From Octopus bimaculoides (taxonomy: Eukaryota), in the NCBI RefSeq assembly GCF_001194135.2, contig NC_068993.1, forward strand, positions 12,648,101 through 12,699,251: 51,151 nt of DNA. The letters are read 5' to 3'. Position numbers and translations under genes: made by a program. The notes below the pieces were generated by a model. It was not told where the DNA came from. It worked only from the letters and a program-made list of their open reading frames with translations, and ran no database searches. Positions 1 to 11,675 of the stretch are shown piece by piece; position 1 is the stretch's first letter, and each line of letters starts with the position of its first letter.

Positions 1-229
1 ATATATATATCATATATATACTAATATGCATATATTTGTATATAGATATCATATTCGTGTACATTTGCGCATGCCTTTATATGCCGTTCTGTAGCAAATA
101 TATTTTGCATTGGCTCTGCCTTTATTGATGAAAATATAAAGAACTGAAAATATTATCGACCAGGTATATAATGTCAGCTGAGAATTATGCTTCCTGTACC
201 TTTTCCTTTCATGCTTCTGTCGTTGTTAA

Positions 230-640
230 TCTTGCTGCTTTTCTACCCATAATTCTTTTGAATATTTGCAACAGTTCTCTGCTAGACCGTTATACAAGTT
301 CATTAAGATTTTACTAGAATCAAAGAATATAAATGTCGAAGCTAAAAATGAAAGCTCGTAAAGCTGATAATTCTTGCTGTGATAAACTGGTTCAAAAGTT
401 TGGCATATAACTACTGACTTTTTTTGTTTCCGTAGAAACGTTCCCATCAATGTTGGTCTATTACAAGGAAATGCTCTGTGTTATGAATCGAATAAAGTAT
501 TTCAAACCAATGAACCACGTTTCCTTTCTACAATGATACTATTATACTCACTAGTTTCTTGTAAACATAAAACATCTCATTGGAAATCTTTTGAAACGGA
601 TGATATGTCTTCTGTCATTAAAGATCATTGCTCAGCGTTT
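230..640 (-). mobile_element. Highly decayed LINE ORF2 apurinic-like (APE) endonuclease relic
   Basis: Minus-strand translation gives ...SVSKDFQ*DVLCLQETSEY... (DVLCLQET at 553-576), matching the D(I/V)xxLQET motif of LINE APE domains. It is followed in frame by ...TFEPV...NLYNGL..., with several stops. Recognition rests mainly on one motif. Confidence 0.4.
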
Positions 641-764
641 ATTTATGACATTCATATTTGATATGGAAAGTATATTATGGATTCTCTGTCTTCTTTTTTA
701 TTGAGACACCAAGAAGAGCTGCTCTTCGTCTTCTATTAATTAACATGGTGTTTGATCGTTGTTT

Positions 765-1030
765 TCTCCCATTGAGCTAATGAGTATAATTACTCCTTTG
801 TTTTCTCTCTCACGGTGACTAAGAATGATATATCTTTTTTCATCTTTCTCATTGAGCTAATTAGAAGTCATGTTTCTTCGCCTTCTTCCTCATTCACTTA
901 AATAGAGAATTGATCTTTTGTACTAACTCACTGAGCCTCCTAGAAGAATTTGATATTTCGCGTGCTTCATTAATTTAACTAAAAATTTAATTCCTAGTTG
1001 ACTCATTGATAATTAAACTCACTAACCTAT
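765..1030. repeat. Degenerate ~40-bp tandem array (units begin ctcatt/ctcact-ga...)
   Basis: Unit starts at about 767, 808, 847, 888, 927, 966 and 1002, e.g. ccattgagctaatgag / ctcattgagctaattag / ctcactgagcctcctag. Confidence 0.55.
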
Positions 1031-1257
1031 CTATTCATTCTGCTGAGTGACCTAAAAAGGTCGCTCTTATCACCTTCTGTCTTTCTAACTAATTAGTTAT
1101 ACTAGACCATGTGATTCAGTCTTAAAAAAGCTAGGAAGAATTGATCACCCCCTTGTTTAGTAATGAATATTCCTTTGATTGGATACTTAATGATAATGTC
1201 TTTATTGATTGTAGAATAACCTATTGATTCGCCAGCTTCAACCTGTTAACCGGCAAA

Positions 1258-1355
1258 TTTGCAGAGCATCAGAGAGTCGAATGAAACGCATTGCTATATA
1301 CATTCTGGTCCGTGCGTTCCGAGCTCAGTGCCGCCGGAGTTCGATTTGCTTCCAG
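1258..1355 (+). mobile_element. SINE family A, old decayed copy
   Basis: gcagagcatcagagagtcgaatgaaacgc...cgttccgagctcagtgccgccggagttcgatttgc aligns to the family A head/body seen at 11272. Confidence 0.5.
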
Positions 1356-2291
1356 AACAATTATAATAGTTACGTTCTTAATGTAAGGAAATCTGTTATT
1401 GCCATTAAAAGAAAAAAAAAGAGACATTATATGATAAATCGAACTCAGAGAATAGATTCAAAACATTTTACATGAAATTTTTTTTTCTGCACATGATAAT
1501 TAATTTTAAATTTTCCCTACTGTTGACGCTATTCCTGTAATTGATGATTTTAATACCTAGGTAATGTGAAAAGTTCAGATCGAGAAGAAACATAAAAAAC
1601 GTATCAACCGTATTTATTTCGTCTTTTGTAGTTCAGTCATAGTGTTTAAATCATTGTATTATATAAAACGTTTTCTGCCTACTTATGAGAATGCCGTGTG
1701 TGTTAGGAAAAGCATTTGGATAATATTTCAGTTAAAATTACAGCGACTATGTAGAACCTTCTTCAATGACTAATTTTATATTGATAGTTCTAGAACATGC
1801 TGGATAATTCCATTCTGTGATTAAGCTTATTTATTAGAAAATGTTTTAACACAGAAAACTTTCCTGATCGATAGTGCGCATGAAACACTTCGGAACATTC
1901 AGCTGCGGTAAAAGTGTTTCTGATTGTAAGTGTCCGATTATTCCTGATTTGCCAACTAGAGTAAAATGGTCAGAATTTATAGAAATTATAGTGAGGAACA
2001 AACTAGGTATATTCTAAGTGGTCCCTCAACTTGCTGGAAATGGCAGCATGTTGTCGTAGTGGAGATAATGACGGTGGTGTTAATGTTAATGATAATGACG
2101 CTGCTGTAGATAATGATGGCGTTTGCGGAAACGGTGATGATGATGATGATGATGATGGTAGTTGTAGTGATGATGATAATAGGAATGATGATGACGAGGA
2201 AAATATAGAGGAGGAGGAAGACGGGGATGGTAAGTCAGTATTTTTATATTGATGAGAGTAACATTTTGTGTTTATGTAAAAAATAAAATAA

Positions 2292-2540
2292 ATGCGCCTT
2301 TTTAAAGCCTAGCCAGGCTCATGGGCCCGGTTTCCCGGTTTCAATGGCTTATGTGTGTCCCAGCTGGACGGGACGCCAGTCCATCGCAGCGTTACTCACT
2401 TTTGCCATCTGAGTGGACTGGAGCAACGTGAAATGAAGAGATTTGCTCAAGAACACAACGCGTCGCCCAGTCCAAGAATCGAAACCATAATCTTACGATC
2501 ATGATGCTGACACCCTAACCACTCAGCCACGCGCCTCCAC
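2292..2540 (-). mobile_element. tRNA-derived SINE family C (head + body 1 + tail T1)
   Basis: Minus strand begins gtggaggcgcgtggctgagtggttagggtg...gtttcgattc (A- and B-box-like), then body tgttgtgttcttgagcaaa...cactcag, then a tail identical to 15814-15905 (ttttaaagcctagccaggctc.tgggcccggtttcccggttt). Confidence 0.85.
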
Positions 2541-3445
2541 TGTTTATATATATGTTAATGGATATTTGTGTGCGCGAGCGCTTGATGCGTTTTTGTGCGT
2601 CAGTGGATGTTTGTGTATGAGTTTCAGTCCACTACCTATTTCTTCTAACATTTACTCAGAGAAGAATGACAGCCAACAGTTCGATATTCATGAATAATTG
2701 TATATAAGGTTTATAAATACAATTAGTAACTTTTAAAAGTTCCAATTGAAAGGATGCAAAATATTATAATCATGTATTATAAGCATGTATTTTATAATTT
2801 TACACAAAGGTAAACGACCTCAATAACACTTAAAAGTACCTGAAAAATCAACTTTTTCTGGTGTTATTTGGGATTACGCTAGTGTGAAATTGAGCGTTGA
2901 GTTGTTGAAACGTACTTTATAATGCAATTGAAATAATTTTCAAGTTTTTAACAAAACTAAATGACTCTTCAACATACAAGAAAATATTTCAATATTTCAA
3001 GATATTCTGACATTTATCACAAGGTTTATTCTCTAGTGGTACGATGTACACCTTGAATCATGTTTAATGTAGCAAGGATAATTTGAGGATTTTTACATTC
3101 AGCAAAATATTATAAATGCGAATCTTTCGAAAGATGACCCAAAAATCGATCAATGAAGAATATATCTTCATTCATTATTGGTCATTCTTCTTTAACCAAT
3201 GCTTGATGTGACAGTGGGTGTTATAGACAGTGAGTTATATATTTATTATTTTAAGCAATGCCTTGAATAAGCGCTTTCGATTTCCCAAAAAGAGGGGGCA
3301 CAGAAAACCCACGAATATACCAGTTAATGCAAATGCAAACTGCACAATTTTCTCAAAATATCATAATAACCCAACAGGCAACCTGCATTCATATTTTCAG
3401 AATCAACATATGAAATGCCTAGAAATCCATAAAAACAACATCGTT

Positions 3446-3547
3446 GGTTTCAAGTTTTGGCACAACGCCAGAAATTCTGGGGAAGAGTAAGTGGATGAGA
3501 TCAACCTCAAGATTCAACTAGTACATATTTTATCGACCCCGGAAATT
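3446..3547 (-). mobile_element. SINE family A 3' fragment
   Basis: Reverse complement of ggggtcgataaa...gtac.agttga...ggcgttgtgccaaaacttgaaacc matches the family A tail. Confidence 0.6.
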
Positions 3548-4462
3548 CCACCCGATCCTTGGTTAAGTTTTTTTATATCATCGACCGTATTAGTTATTGC
3601 TCCAAAGAAATTGTCTATGGCATAAAACCACACAGAAAGAAAAATTTGTAAAAAGCTATCCGATCGTATTACAAAACATTTGGTGAACGTACAAGAGAAG
3701 AGAGATCACTTAAACACTCATCCACCACTTCAGTTCTTTAGGCTATCAGGCTTATTTGTCGTGAGAAACGACAATATTCAGTGCTTTTCTCATGATCGGT
3801 AATGTGATATTTGTTGCTTTCTTTTTTTTTTGTTGGACAGCAGGTTTCTTTTGATTGTAATACACATACTCATACACAGACGTATATATACATGCATTTA
3901 TATCTATATCTATATCTAAATCTATATCTATATATACATATAAGTATATATATATATACATATATATGTATATATACATATATATTTATACATATATATA
4001 TATATATATATACATATATCTTTATACATATATCTACATACCTACATGCATATATATATATAAATATATATATATANNNNNNNNNNNNNNNNNNNNNNNN
4101 NNNNNNNNNNNNNNNNNNNNNNNNNNNNNNNNNNNNNNNNNNNNNNNNNNNNNNNNNNNNNNNNNNNNNNNNNNNNNNNNNNNNNNNNNNNNNNNNNNNN
4201 NNNNNCTGTCACCAATCTGCTACGTAACTCTACAGCTACACACATAGATATATATGCACACTCACTCATAAAAGACGCACATATGCGCTTGAACGTAATG
4301 CATGTGAGTGTGTATGTGTGTCCGTTGCTCGTGAGTGTGTTGAGTCCGCATGCGTAACAATGTAACTAATTAATTTTCGCGTTATGAAATTCTTAATAAT
4401 TGCATATATGACTTTCTTACCTCGTTATCATCTTTTTCTCTCGATACACACACACACACACT

Positions 4463-4512
<50 letters not shown>

Positions 4513-4935
4513 CACATCCGTTTCTCTTTATTGATTCTGTGAGTAATTGTTTATGGCGCTTCCTGCCGTTATTTTGTCCATTTTGGTATTGGTCATACGG
4601 ATTTCTTTGTGTGTTCTTTAGAAATTGTCTGGCTTCTAGAATTTTTTAGCATTCGTTTTTATTTCGTCTATCGGCATCGTTGGTGACAATAAGTTCGGTA
4701 TTGCGTAGTTCTTAAAAAAATATTCATACTTGAATATATACATACACATATACACACACACGCACACATACATACACGCCTACATACATAATTACATAGA
4801 TAAACACACACACAGATTCATACATACATGCATACATACATATATGGCGATAGAAGAAAAAAATGAATACTAAAAGAATTCTTGATGCCAGACAATTACT
4901 AAAGAATATATAAATAAATCCGAATGACCAATATT

Positions 4936-4975
<40 letters not shown>

Positions 4976-4985
4976 NNNNNNNNNN

Positions 4986-5030
<45 letters not shown>

Positions 5031-6170
5031 CATATACATAAGTGAGGTTGGATATGGACGTACGTACGTTTGTCTGTAATCTTGTGGTGTGTTATATGAT
5101 ATTATGTCGATCTGTCGTAAATTAATACTTTTGGCGCGACTTTCTGTCTCACCGGCTGCCTAACTGCGACCATCCTTGCTGTCTTCGCAGCGAAAAACTC
5201 TATGCATTTGCATGCTTTACTGGGTGCAAAATTACCAAAAAACAAACACTTTCACATACATACATGCATACAATAAAGTTATATATGCATTGTATATGTA
5301 TGTACGAATTACTAATCCTGCAGCGCTGTAGCCCTGTAGCCGCTGCGCTCTGCACATGACTTTCAACCATATAATTGTTATGATTCGGATATTTGTTTCG
5401 TGAATGGTCATTAATAAGATTATCACTTGACTTGATAAAGAAACAAACTAAAACAAAAATAAGAAAGAACGAAAAGAACCACATATCTGTTCGACTCCTT
5501 TTTTCTGATATTAAATATTCTCTACANNNNNNNNNNNNNNNNNNNNNNNNNNNNNNNNNNNNNNNNNNNNNNNNNNNNNNNNNNNNNNNNNNNNNNNNNN
5601 NNNNNNNNNNNNNNNNNNNNNNNNNNNNNNNNNNNNNNNNNNNNNNNNNNNNNNNNNNNNNNNNNNNNNNNNNNNNNNNNNNNNNNNNNNNNNNNNNNNN
5701 NNNNNNNNNNNNNNNNNNNNNNNNNNNNNNNNNNNNNNNNNNNNNNNNNNNNNNNNNCATATGTATATATATATATGCATTTACCAATTACTATATATAT
5801 TTTTTGCTCCGATTTCTCAAATAATTTCCATATTTCTTTCTAAATAAATACACGACTGACTATATCGTGTTTTGATTGACAATCACACGATCAATTTTTA
5901 ATAATTGTTTTGCTCCTCTTTTCATATTTTTTTTTGTATCTCTATTATACATTTTTCATTGTTTTTCCTTTCTTTTGTCTCTTTCCTAAACGCAATATTC
6001 TTTCTTATTTTTTTAATATTTGTGTTTTTTTTTATCATATATATATTTTTTGTTTTTTTTTCGTTTTTTCATGTTATTGTTCTCGACGCAATATTTTCTT
6101 GGGATTTTTCTGGTATTTTGCACAAAATGTATATTGACATTGGAAAGAAATGAATCCATATGGGTGTGTA

Positions 6171-6219
<49 letters not shown>

Positions 6220-6423
6220 AAGAATGGTTGGGGGATAGAGAGGGAATGATAGTGTGTGCATGTGTTTATGAAAAGAGAGAAAAAAATTAATTTCTTTTTT
6301 TTTGCTTAAATTATCGGAAGGATAAATGCTCGGTGATTAACGAAGACAGTCATTTAAGAACAGATTCTGTAATCTGACGTTTGACTCAAAATGACATAAA
6401 AAATGACATTATATATACATATA

Positions 6424-6848
6424 GGCGTAGGAGTGGCTGTGTGGTAAGTAGCTTGCTTACCAAGCACATGGTCCCGGGTTCAGTCCCACTGCGTGGCACT
6501 TTGGGCAAGTGTCTTCTACTATAGCCTCGGGCCGACCAAAGCCTTGTGAGTGGATTTGGTAGACGGAAACTGAAAGAAGCCTGTCGTATATATGTATATA
6601 TATATATATATGTATGTATGTGTGTATGTGTTTGTGTGTCTGTGTTTGTCCCCCCAACATCGCTTGACAACCGATGCTTGTGTGTTTATGTACCCGTAAC
6701 TTAGCGGTTCGGCAAAAGAGACCGATAGAATAAGTACTAGGCTTCTAAAGAATAAGTCCTGGGGTCGATTTGCTCAACTAAAGGCGGTGCTCCAGCATGG
6801 CCGCAGTCAAAAGACTGAAACAAGTAAAAGTGTAAAAGTGTAAAAGTG
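6424..6848 (+). mobile_element. tRNA-derived SINE family B, full-length young copy
   Basis: Head ggcgtaggagtggctgtgtggtaag...ccgggttcagtccc (A/B-box-like), internal (TA)/(TG) tract, 3' domain ...ctggggtcgatttgctcaactaaaggcggtgctccagcatggccgcag and (aaaagtgt)n tail. Homologous copy at 11676. Confidence 0.9.
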
Positions 6849-7749
6849 TATATATATGTGTATATACGCATGCACATATATACAATCACACGCACACAAA
6901 AGCGCCCACAAACATGCACGAACGCATTCGCGCGTACATATGCGCTTCGTACTCTGGATTAAATCCAAACATTCTCGTACACATTCGAACCACGAAAGAA
7001 ATATTTAACATAAAACATTTTATAAAAATTAAATTCCTACAGGAGCATTAATTTACAATCAGAAAATTTAACATAAATTTATTATTCTTTTAATCGTGAA
7101 TAAGCATATATATTCGTTTTATTTTTCATATGATCTTAGATATTTTTTCTTCTACTAACTATGAAAGCGACAAATCATTTTTTTGTTTTTTTAGATATGT
7201 GTGAATTAGTCATTATTTAATTGTTAATAATAACGCTAGTTTTTACTGTTGACATTAGTGTCACCATGAGTTAGAGATGGCTGGTTCAGAGTAATTAATG
7301 TAACGCATACATACCTAAACGCAAAGAAACACTAGCGTGTATGAGTGTGCATTAGTTTATATAGATAATATTTACAGACACAGAGTCGACAAAAAGCGGG
7401 GTAAAAAGATTCAGCTGATGTCATAGCGGAAGCGTTCATGGATTTTACAGTGAAAAATATAGCATGTAAAATCATCCAATCTATATTTACTAGAATTTAA
7501 TTTGTAGCATTTATGTCGAAAACAATGAATTTTGCTTGGTAGGAAGCAATCCATTCAGCAACACATATTAACCCCCTTGGCCGAAATGTCACTAAGAAAA
7601 TCTGTACATGGCATCCAAAGAAAGATACTTTGCATACATAAAATTGATAGCCGGAAAATGCAGACGTGCTTCCTGAGTACACAGCCTGAATTGTGAACCC
7701 GAGTGTGTATGTATGTATGTAGGCATGTATATGCTTGGTTGAGTAGAAG

Positions 7750-7860
7750 AGCGTCGTAGTGCGCATGGAAGTTGCGCGTGGGAACCCGGGCGAGACCGAC
7801 CATAGTTGTAATACCCTCATGCACAGGCATTGTGGGAATTTTGTATTGTTATTTGTCAGT
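7750..7860. promoter_or_regulatory. CpG-rich patch with promoter/enhancer-like motifs
   Basis: 8 CpG in about 53 bp (7750-7800). CGTGGGAA (7777-7784) and TGTGGGAA (7831-7838) fit the CSL/Su(H) consensus YGTGGGAA. Minus-strand TTCCCACAATGC (7827-7838) resembles the ZNF143/Staf motif. Motif matches only. Confidence 0.3.
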
Positions 7861-7940
7861 GATGTTCTTCCTTGTTTGCGAGTGAAAAGCCATTAACATT
7901 ATGTATGTATGTATGTATGTATGTATGTATGTATACGAGA

Positions 7941-8010
7941 CCCTTCCAGAGTTTCAGTCTACCAAATTCACTCACAAGGTATTGGTCTGCCCAGAGCAAT
8001 TGCAGAATGG
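7941..8010 (-). mobile_element. SINE family B internal fragment
   Basis: tttcagtctaccaaattcactcacaagg.attggtc is the reverse complement of the B body (gaccaaagccttgtgagtggatttggtagacggaaa). Confidence 0.6.
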
Positions 8011-8930
8011 CGGAAGTTACTGCGTTATCAGATTGAAACTAAAACTACAGGACATTCTTAACTACGCAGCCATATATAAAAGTTGTCTTTATATATTTAT
8101 ATTTTTCGTCAGTTGAATATGTCGCGGTACAATAAAAACTCATATTTCGAAACTGGGAGATATTCTTTTTCTGAAATGAACGCCAGTAAAAGTCGTGAGT
8201 AATTAATGTTTCGTTACAGTGAAAATATTTAACAACACAAAGCGATCACCAAAATTTGATACATCGAGTCACGGTTTGAGTATATCTCATAGTTTAAACC
8301 TAAGCCACGAGCTATTCAGTATCTTATACATTGTATACCAACTAAATGCCGATCGATATACTGTATGTGATAAACTCTACTGCCATCTTGAAAACTGTCC
8401 AACTTCGTTAATACCATTTATGTCACATTGTTCAATCTAGCATTCTGAAGACTATAGGGCTGTCCACCTTATTAATCATATTTATTAATACTAAAGGTGA
8501 AATACCCAAAATTGAGTAAATGCTTTATTTCTTTATTTTTTATTTACTTCTATCTTAAAAACAAAACGTGATATCGTTATCAGGATATTTTTTCCCGGAG
8601 AATAACTCTTATGTCTCTGCTTAGTTTACACCATCCGATAAACCTTAGCTCAGCTGGGTGTGAGTTATAAATACAAATTATCTGCTTATATCTATTTCAC
8701 GCTGCATTATAATCATCCAAAGCTAATCACATATTTTACGAGCCATTCTGTTCGATTGAAGACACTTATAACGACCATCAATTTATTTTAGAAACGTTGA
8801 TATTCTCTCTTAAGAAAACAGTAGGAAAATAAAAATAACTATTCTATTTATTTCACTATATATTTTCCCTTAATAAAGTAGACGTTTCTGGTAATCTGGG
8901 TTGCTTATTTCCCTCCTCTTATTCATAGGA

Positions 8931-8936
<6 letters not shown>

Positions 8937-8978
<42 letters not shown>

Positions 8979-9036
8979 CATCATTATTATTATTATTATT
9001 GTTATTATTGTTATTATTGTTATTATTGTTATTATT
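8937..9036. repeat. (ATT)n/(GTTATTATT)n microsatellite
   Basis: Direct reading. Confidence 0.95.
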
Positions 9037-9250
9037 AAGGCGGTGAGATGGCATAATTGTTAGCACGCCGAGCAAAATGCTTAGCGGGATTTTGCCTGCT
9101 GCTACGTTCTGAGCTCAAATTCCACCGCGGTCGATTTTTGCCTGTCATCCTTTAGGGGCGTCGATAAAATAAATACCAGTTGAACACTGGGGTCGAGGTA
9201 ATCGACTCATCCCCCCTCCTCTAATCTGCCCTTGAGGCAAAAATTTGAAA
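9037..9250 (+). mobile_element. tRNA-derived SINE family A
   Basis: aaggcggtgagatggcataattgttagcacgccgagcaaaatgcttagcgg...ttctgagctcaaattccaccgcggtcga...ctggggtcgaggtaatcgact...caaaatttgaaa, flanked by (ATT)n on both sides. Confidence 0.9.
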
Positions 9251-9349
9251 TAATAATTATCATTATTATTGCTATTTTATTGTCTTTGCAGTAATAATAA
9301 TAATAATAATAATTATTATTATTATTATTATTAATAATAATAATAATTT

Positions 9350-10030
9350 TGAGAATTTTGCTAGTCTACAACTCCACCACTCTCTATGGTTTGTGCTCCT
9401 ACCACATCTTGCCTTTCTCTAGCCCCCAGTTTTCGCACAGTTTCCAGTGTATTACTTTCACTACCTCATCGTGTCGCCACAACTCGTAATGGTTTTGCTC
9501 AAGTCTAGGGCATTCGTTCGTGCTATGGGCAATGGTTCTGTCTATTCGGTTACAGATGCAGGACAACGGAGACTCTTGCTCATTCCTAAGCTTGAGCCTC
9601 CAATTCATGGTCAAAGCTTGGCCCTGTCCTGCCAGTATAGTGCTCTCAGTTTCTTTCGGTGTTCCTATCTTCAGCGAATTCCACCTATGTTTTCCAGCAA
9701 CTTCAGTTGTGGCTACACGAAATTGATAGTGTAGTCCCTTGTTGCGTAATGATTCTTCATGTCCTTTTTGTACTTCTTCCATGCATTATTAGGAGCTTTC
9801 TTGTCTTCTCGTCCAACTCCTTTAGCCCCTCCTCTGTCCACTTCAGAATGCCACCGCCATACCGAACTACTGCGACTGCACGTGAGTTTGTTGCCTAAAT
9901 TATGTTTCTGGCATTTAGCTTTGAAGCCAAAATTTTTCTCACTCTCCGCAGGTACACTTTCTTTGTCTTTTATTTCATATCGTGCTCTTTAATTCTGTGT
10001 CAGGTAATCCCAGGTATTTATAACTGGACA
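9350..10030 (-). mobile_element. R4/Dong-clade non-LTR retrotransposon fragment (RT C-terminus + CCHC zinc-knuckle region), internally deleted
   Basis: Minus-strand peptides: SSYKYLGL (RT domain end); YLRRVRKILASKLNARNII*ATNSRAVAVVRYGGGILKWTEEGLKELDEKTRKLLIMHG; NKGLHYQF...KETESTILAGQGQAL...CICNRIDRTIAHSTNECPRLEQNHYELWRHDEVVKVIHWKLCENWGL...W*EHKP*RVVE. These are R4-clade ORF hallmarks. Confidence 0.88.
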
Positions 10031-10237
10031 GCAGGCTCGTGGGATCGTTAGCACGTCGGAGAAAATGCTCAGCGGTATTTCGTCTGTCTTTAGGTCTTGA
10101 GTTCAAATTCTAACGTGGTGGACTTTACCTTTCATCCTATCGAGGACGATAAATTAAGTACCATTTGAGCACTGCAGTCGATGTAATCGATCTAATCCTT
10201 CCTCCGAAGTTGCTGGCCTTGAGCCAAAATTTGAAAT
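10030..10237 (+). mobile_element. SINE family A (inserted at the 5' break of the R4 fragment)
   Basis: gggatcgttagcacgtcggagaaaatgctcagcggtatttcgtctg...gtcgatgtaatcgat...ggccttgagccaaaatttgaaatc. Confidence 0.88.
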
Positions 10238-10268
10238 CATCATCATTATCTTCATCATCATTATTACT

Positions 10269-10467
10269 AAGGCATCGAAGCTGGCATAATCATTAGCGCG
10301 TAAGACGGAAAACCACTTCACACTTTTAGTTAAAATACCTCCGAGGTCGACTTTGCCTTTTATCTAATCAGATTTAATAAAATAAGTAGGAGTTGAGCAA
10401 CGGTGTCGATATAATCGACTATTCCCCTTCCGCTAAAGACTGCAGGCCTTGTGCCAAAATTTGAAGC
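10269..10467 (+). mobile_element. SINE family A
   Basis: aaggcatcgaagctggcataatcattagc...ccgaggtcgactttgcctttt...ggccttgtgccaaaatttgaagcc followed by (ATC)/(ATT)n. Confidence 0.85.
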
Positions 10468-11271
10468 CATTATCATCATCATCATCATCATCAACATTAT
10501 TATTATTATTAATGGTCATTGATATACCTATGGGTTGCTCGGAGAGCTAATGCCAAATTTATATTAATATTCTTAGGTTGTCTGTCTTTGTCAGTTCTTA
10601 TTGTAGCAGTGCTTCGAGAAATCACTATGTAATGTTAAGTTCATTCTGCTGCTCCTTGCTTGAATTAATATTCTGATGTATTGTAAATTTGGTCTGCTAC
10701 CAGATGTCTTACGCAAAACCGGAAAGGCCATGTGCCAGTTAAATAATTCTATAGACAGAAAACACACTTGGCTGTCGATGAATTCTATATCTTATGAGCG
10801 TGTGTATGTTATTTTCTTTCTATTAATAAGTTTGTAGACGAAAGATATAATTTATAAGGTATAATATACATACATAAGCACACATACATACATTTATGCA
10901 TATATATATTATACACAGAGAAAGAGAGAATAGAAAGTTTGAAAGAATGCGATGGCTGTTTATATATCCAGCGGAGTAGATATCAATACATGACGAAGAG
11001 TAAATATATTTTATTAGAAGCTGAGAATTTTGAGGAGTTACAGTCAGTTTAATTATTTCGATTTCCAGACCAGTAATCAAATATGTCATCCAGATATATA
11101 TAAAATATTCTGGAATTATCATCGAATTAATGCTTGTCTGTACTTCGAAAAGCATAATAAAAAAAGAGCGTTCAGAAACCCGTAATATTTTAACCTATTC
11201 AGAAACACTTGCTAAACAATGAGACGCTTTAGTTTTTTATACCAAAGAGTACGTAAGACAAGATATAATTC

Positions 11272-11510
11272 GGCGGCCAGCTGGCAGAAACGTTAGCACG
11301 CCGAGCGAAATGCTTAGCGGTATTTCGTCTGCCGCTTCGTTCTGAGTTCAAATTCCGCCGAGGTCGACATTGTCTTTCATCCTTTTGGGGTCAATAAATT
11401 AAGCACCAGTTACGCACTAGGATCGATGTAATCGACTTAATCCCTTAGTCTGTCCTTGTTTGTTCCCTCTATGTTTAGCCCCCTGCGGGCAATAAAGAAA
11501 TAGATATTTC
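11272..11510 (+). mobile_element. SINE family A, young copy with alternative tail (tail 2)
   Basis: ggcggccagctggcagaaacgttagcacgccgagcgaaatgcttagcggtatttcgtctgccgcttcgttctgagttcaaattccgccgaggtcgac... ending ...tgtttagccccctgcgggcaataaagaaata. Confidence 0.9.
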
Positions 11511-11675
11511 CTTTGGAGATGTCTTAATATTGTTCTGTAACTTTCATAACACGCCTCAAATTTTATGGTACTCAATACAAAGTTATATCGATGTCCACAA
11601 GTCAGCAATTAATGCATTTATCTACTCCCGGAAAGATGAACTGCAAACAAAACAATTTAAAAGTTCATAAATAAG

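Noticed and set aside
299-358. Ankyrin-like peptide IKILLESKNINVEAKNE on the plus strand
   Set aside because: Bounded by stops, has no splice sites or TPLH motif, and overlaps the minus-strand LINE relic.
10510-10680. Possible additional R4 3' end (minus) running into (AAT)n
   Set aside because: Only an 'ALL...LR' resemblance with multiple stops; not enough evidence.
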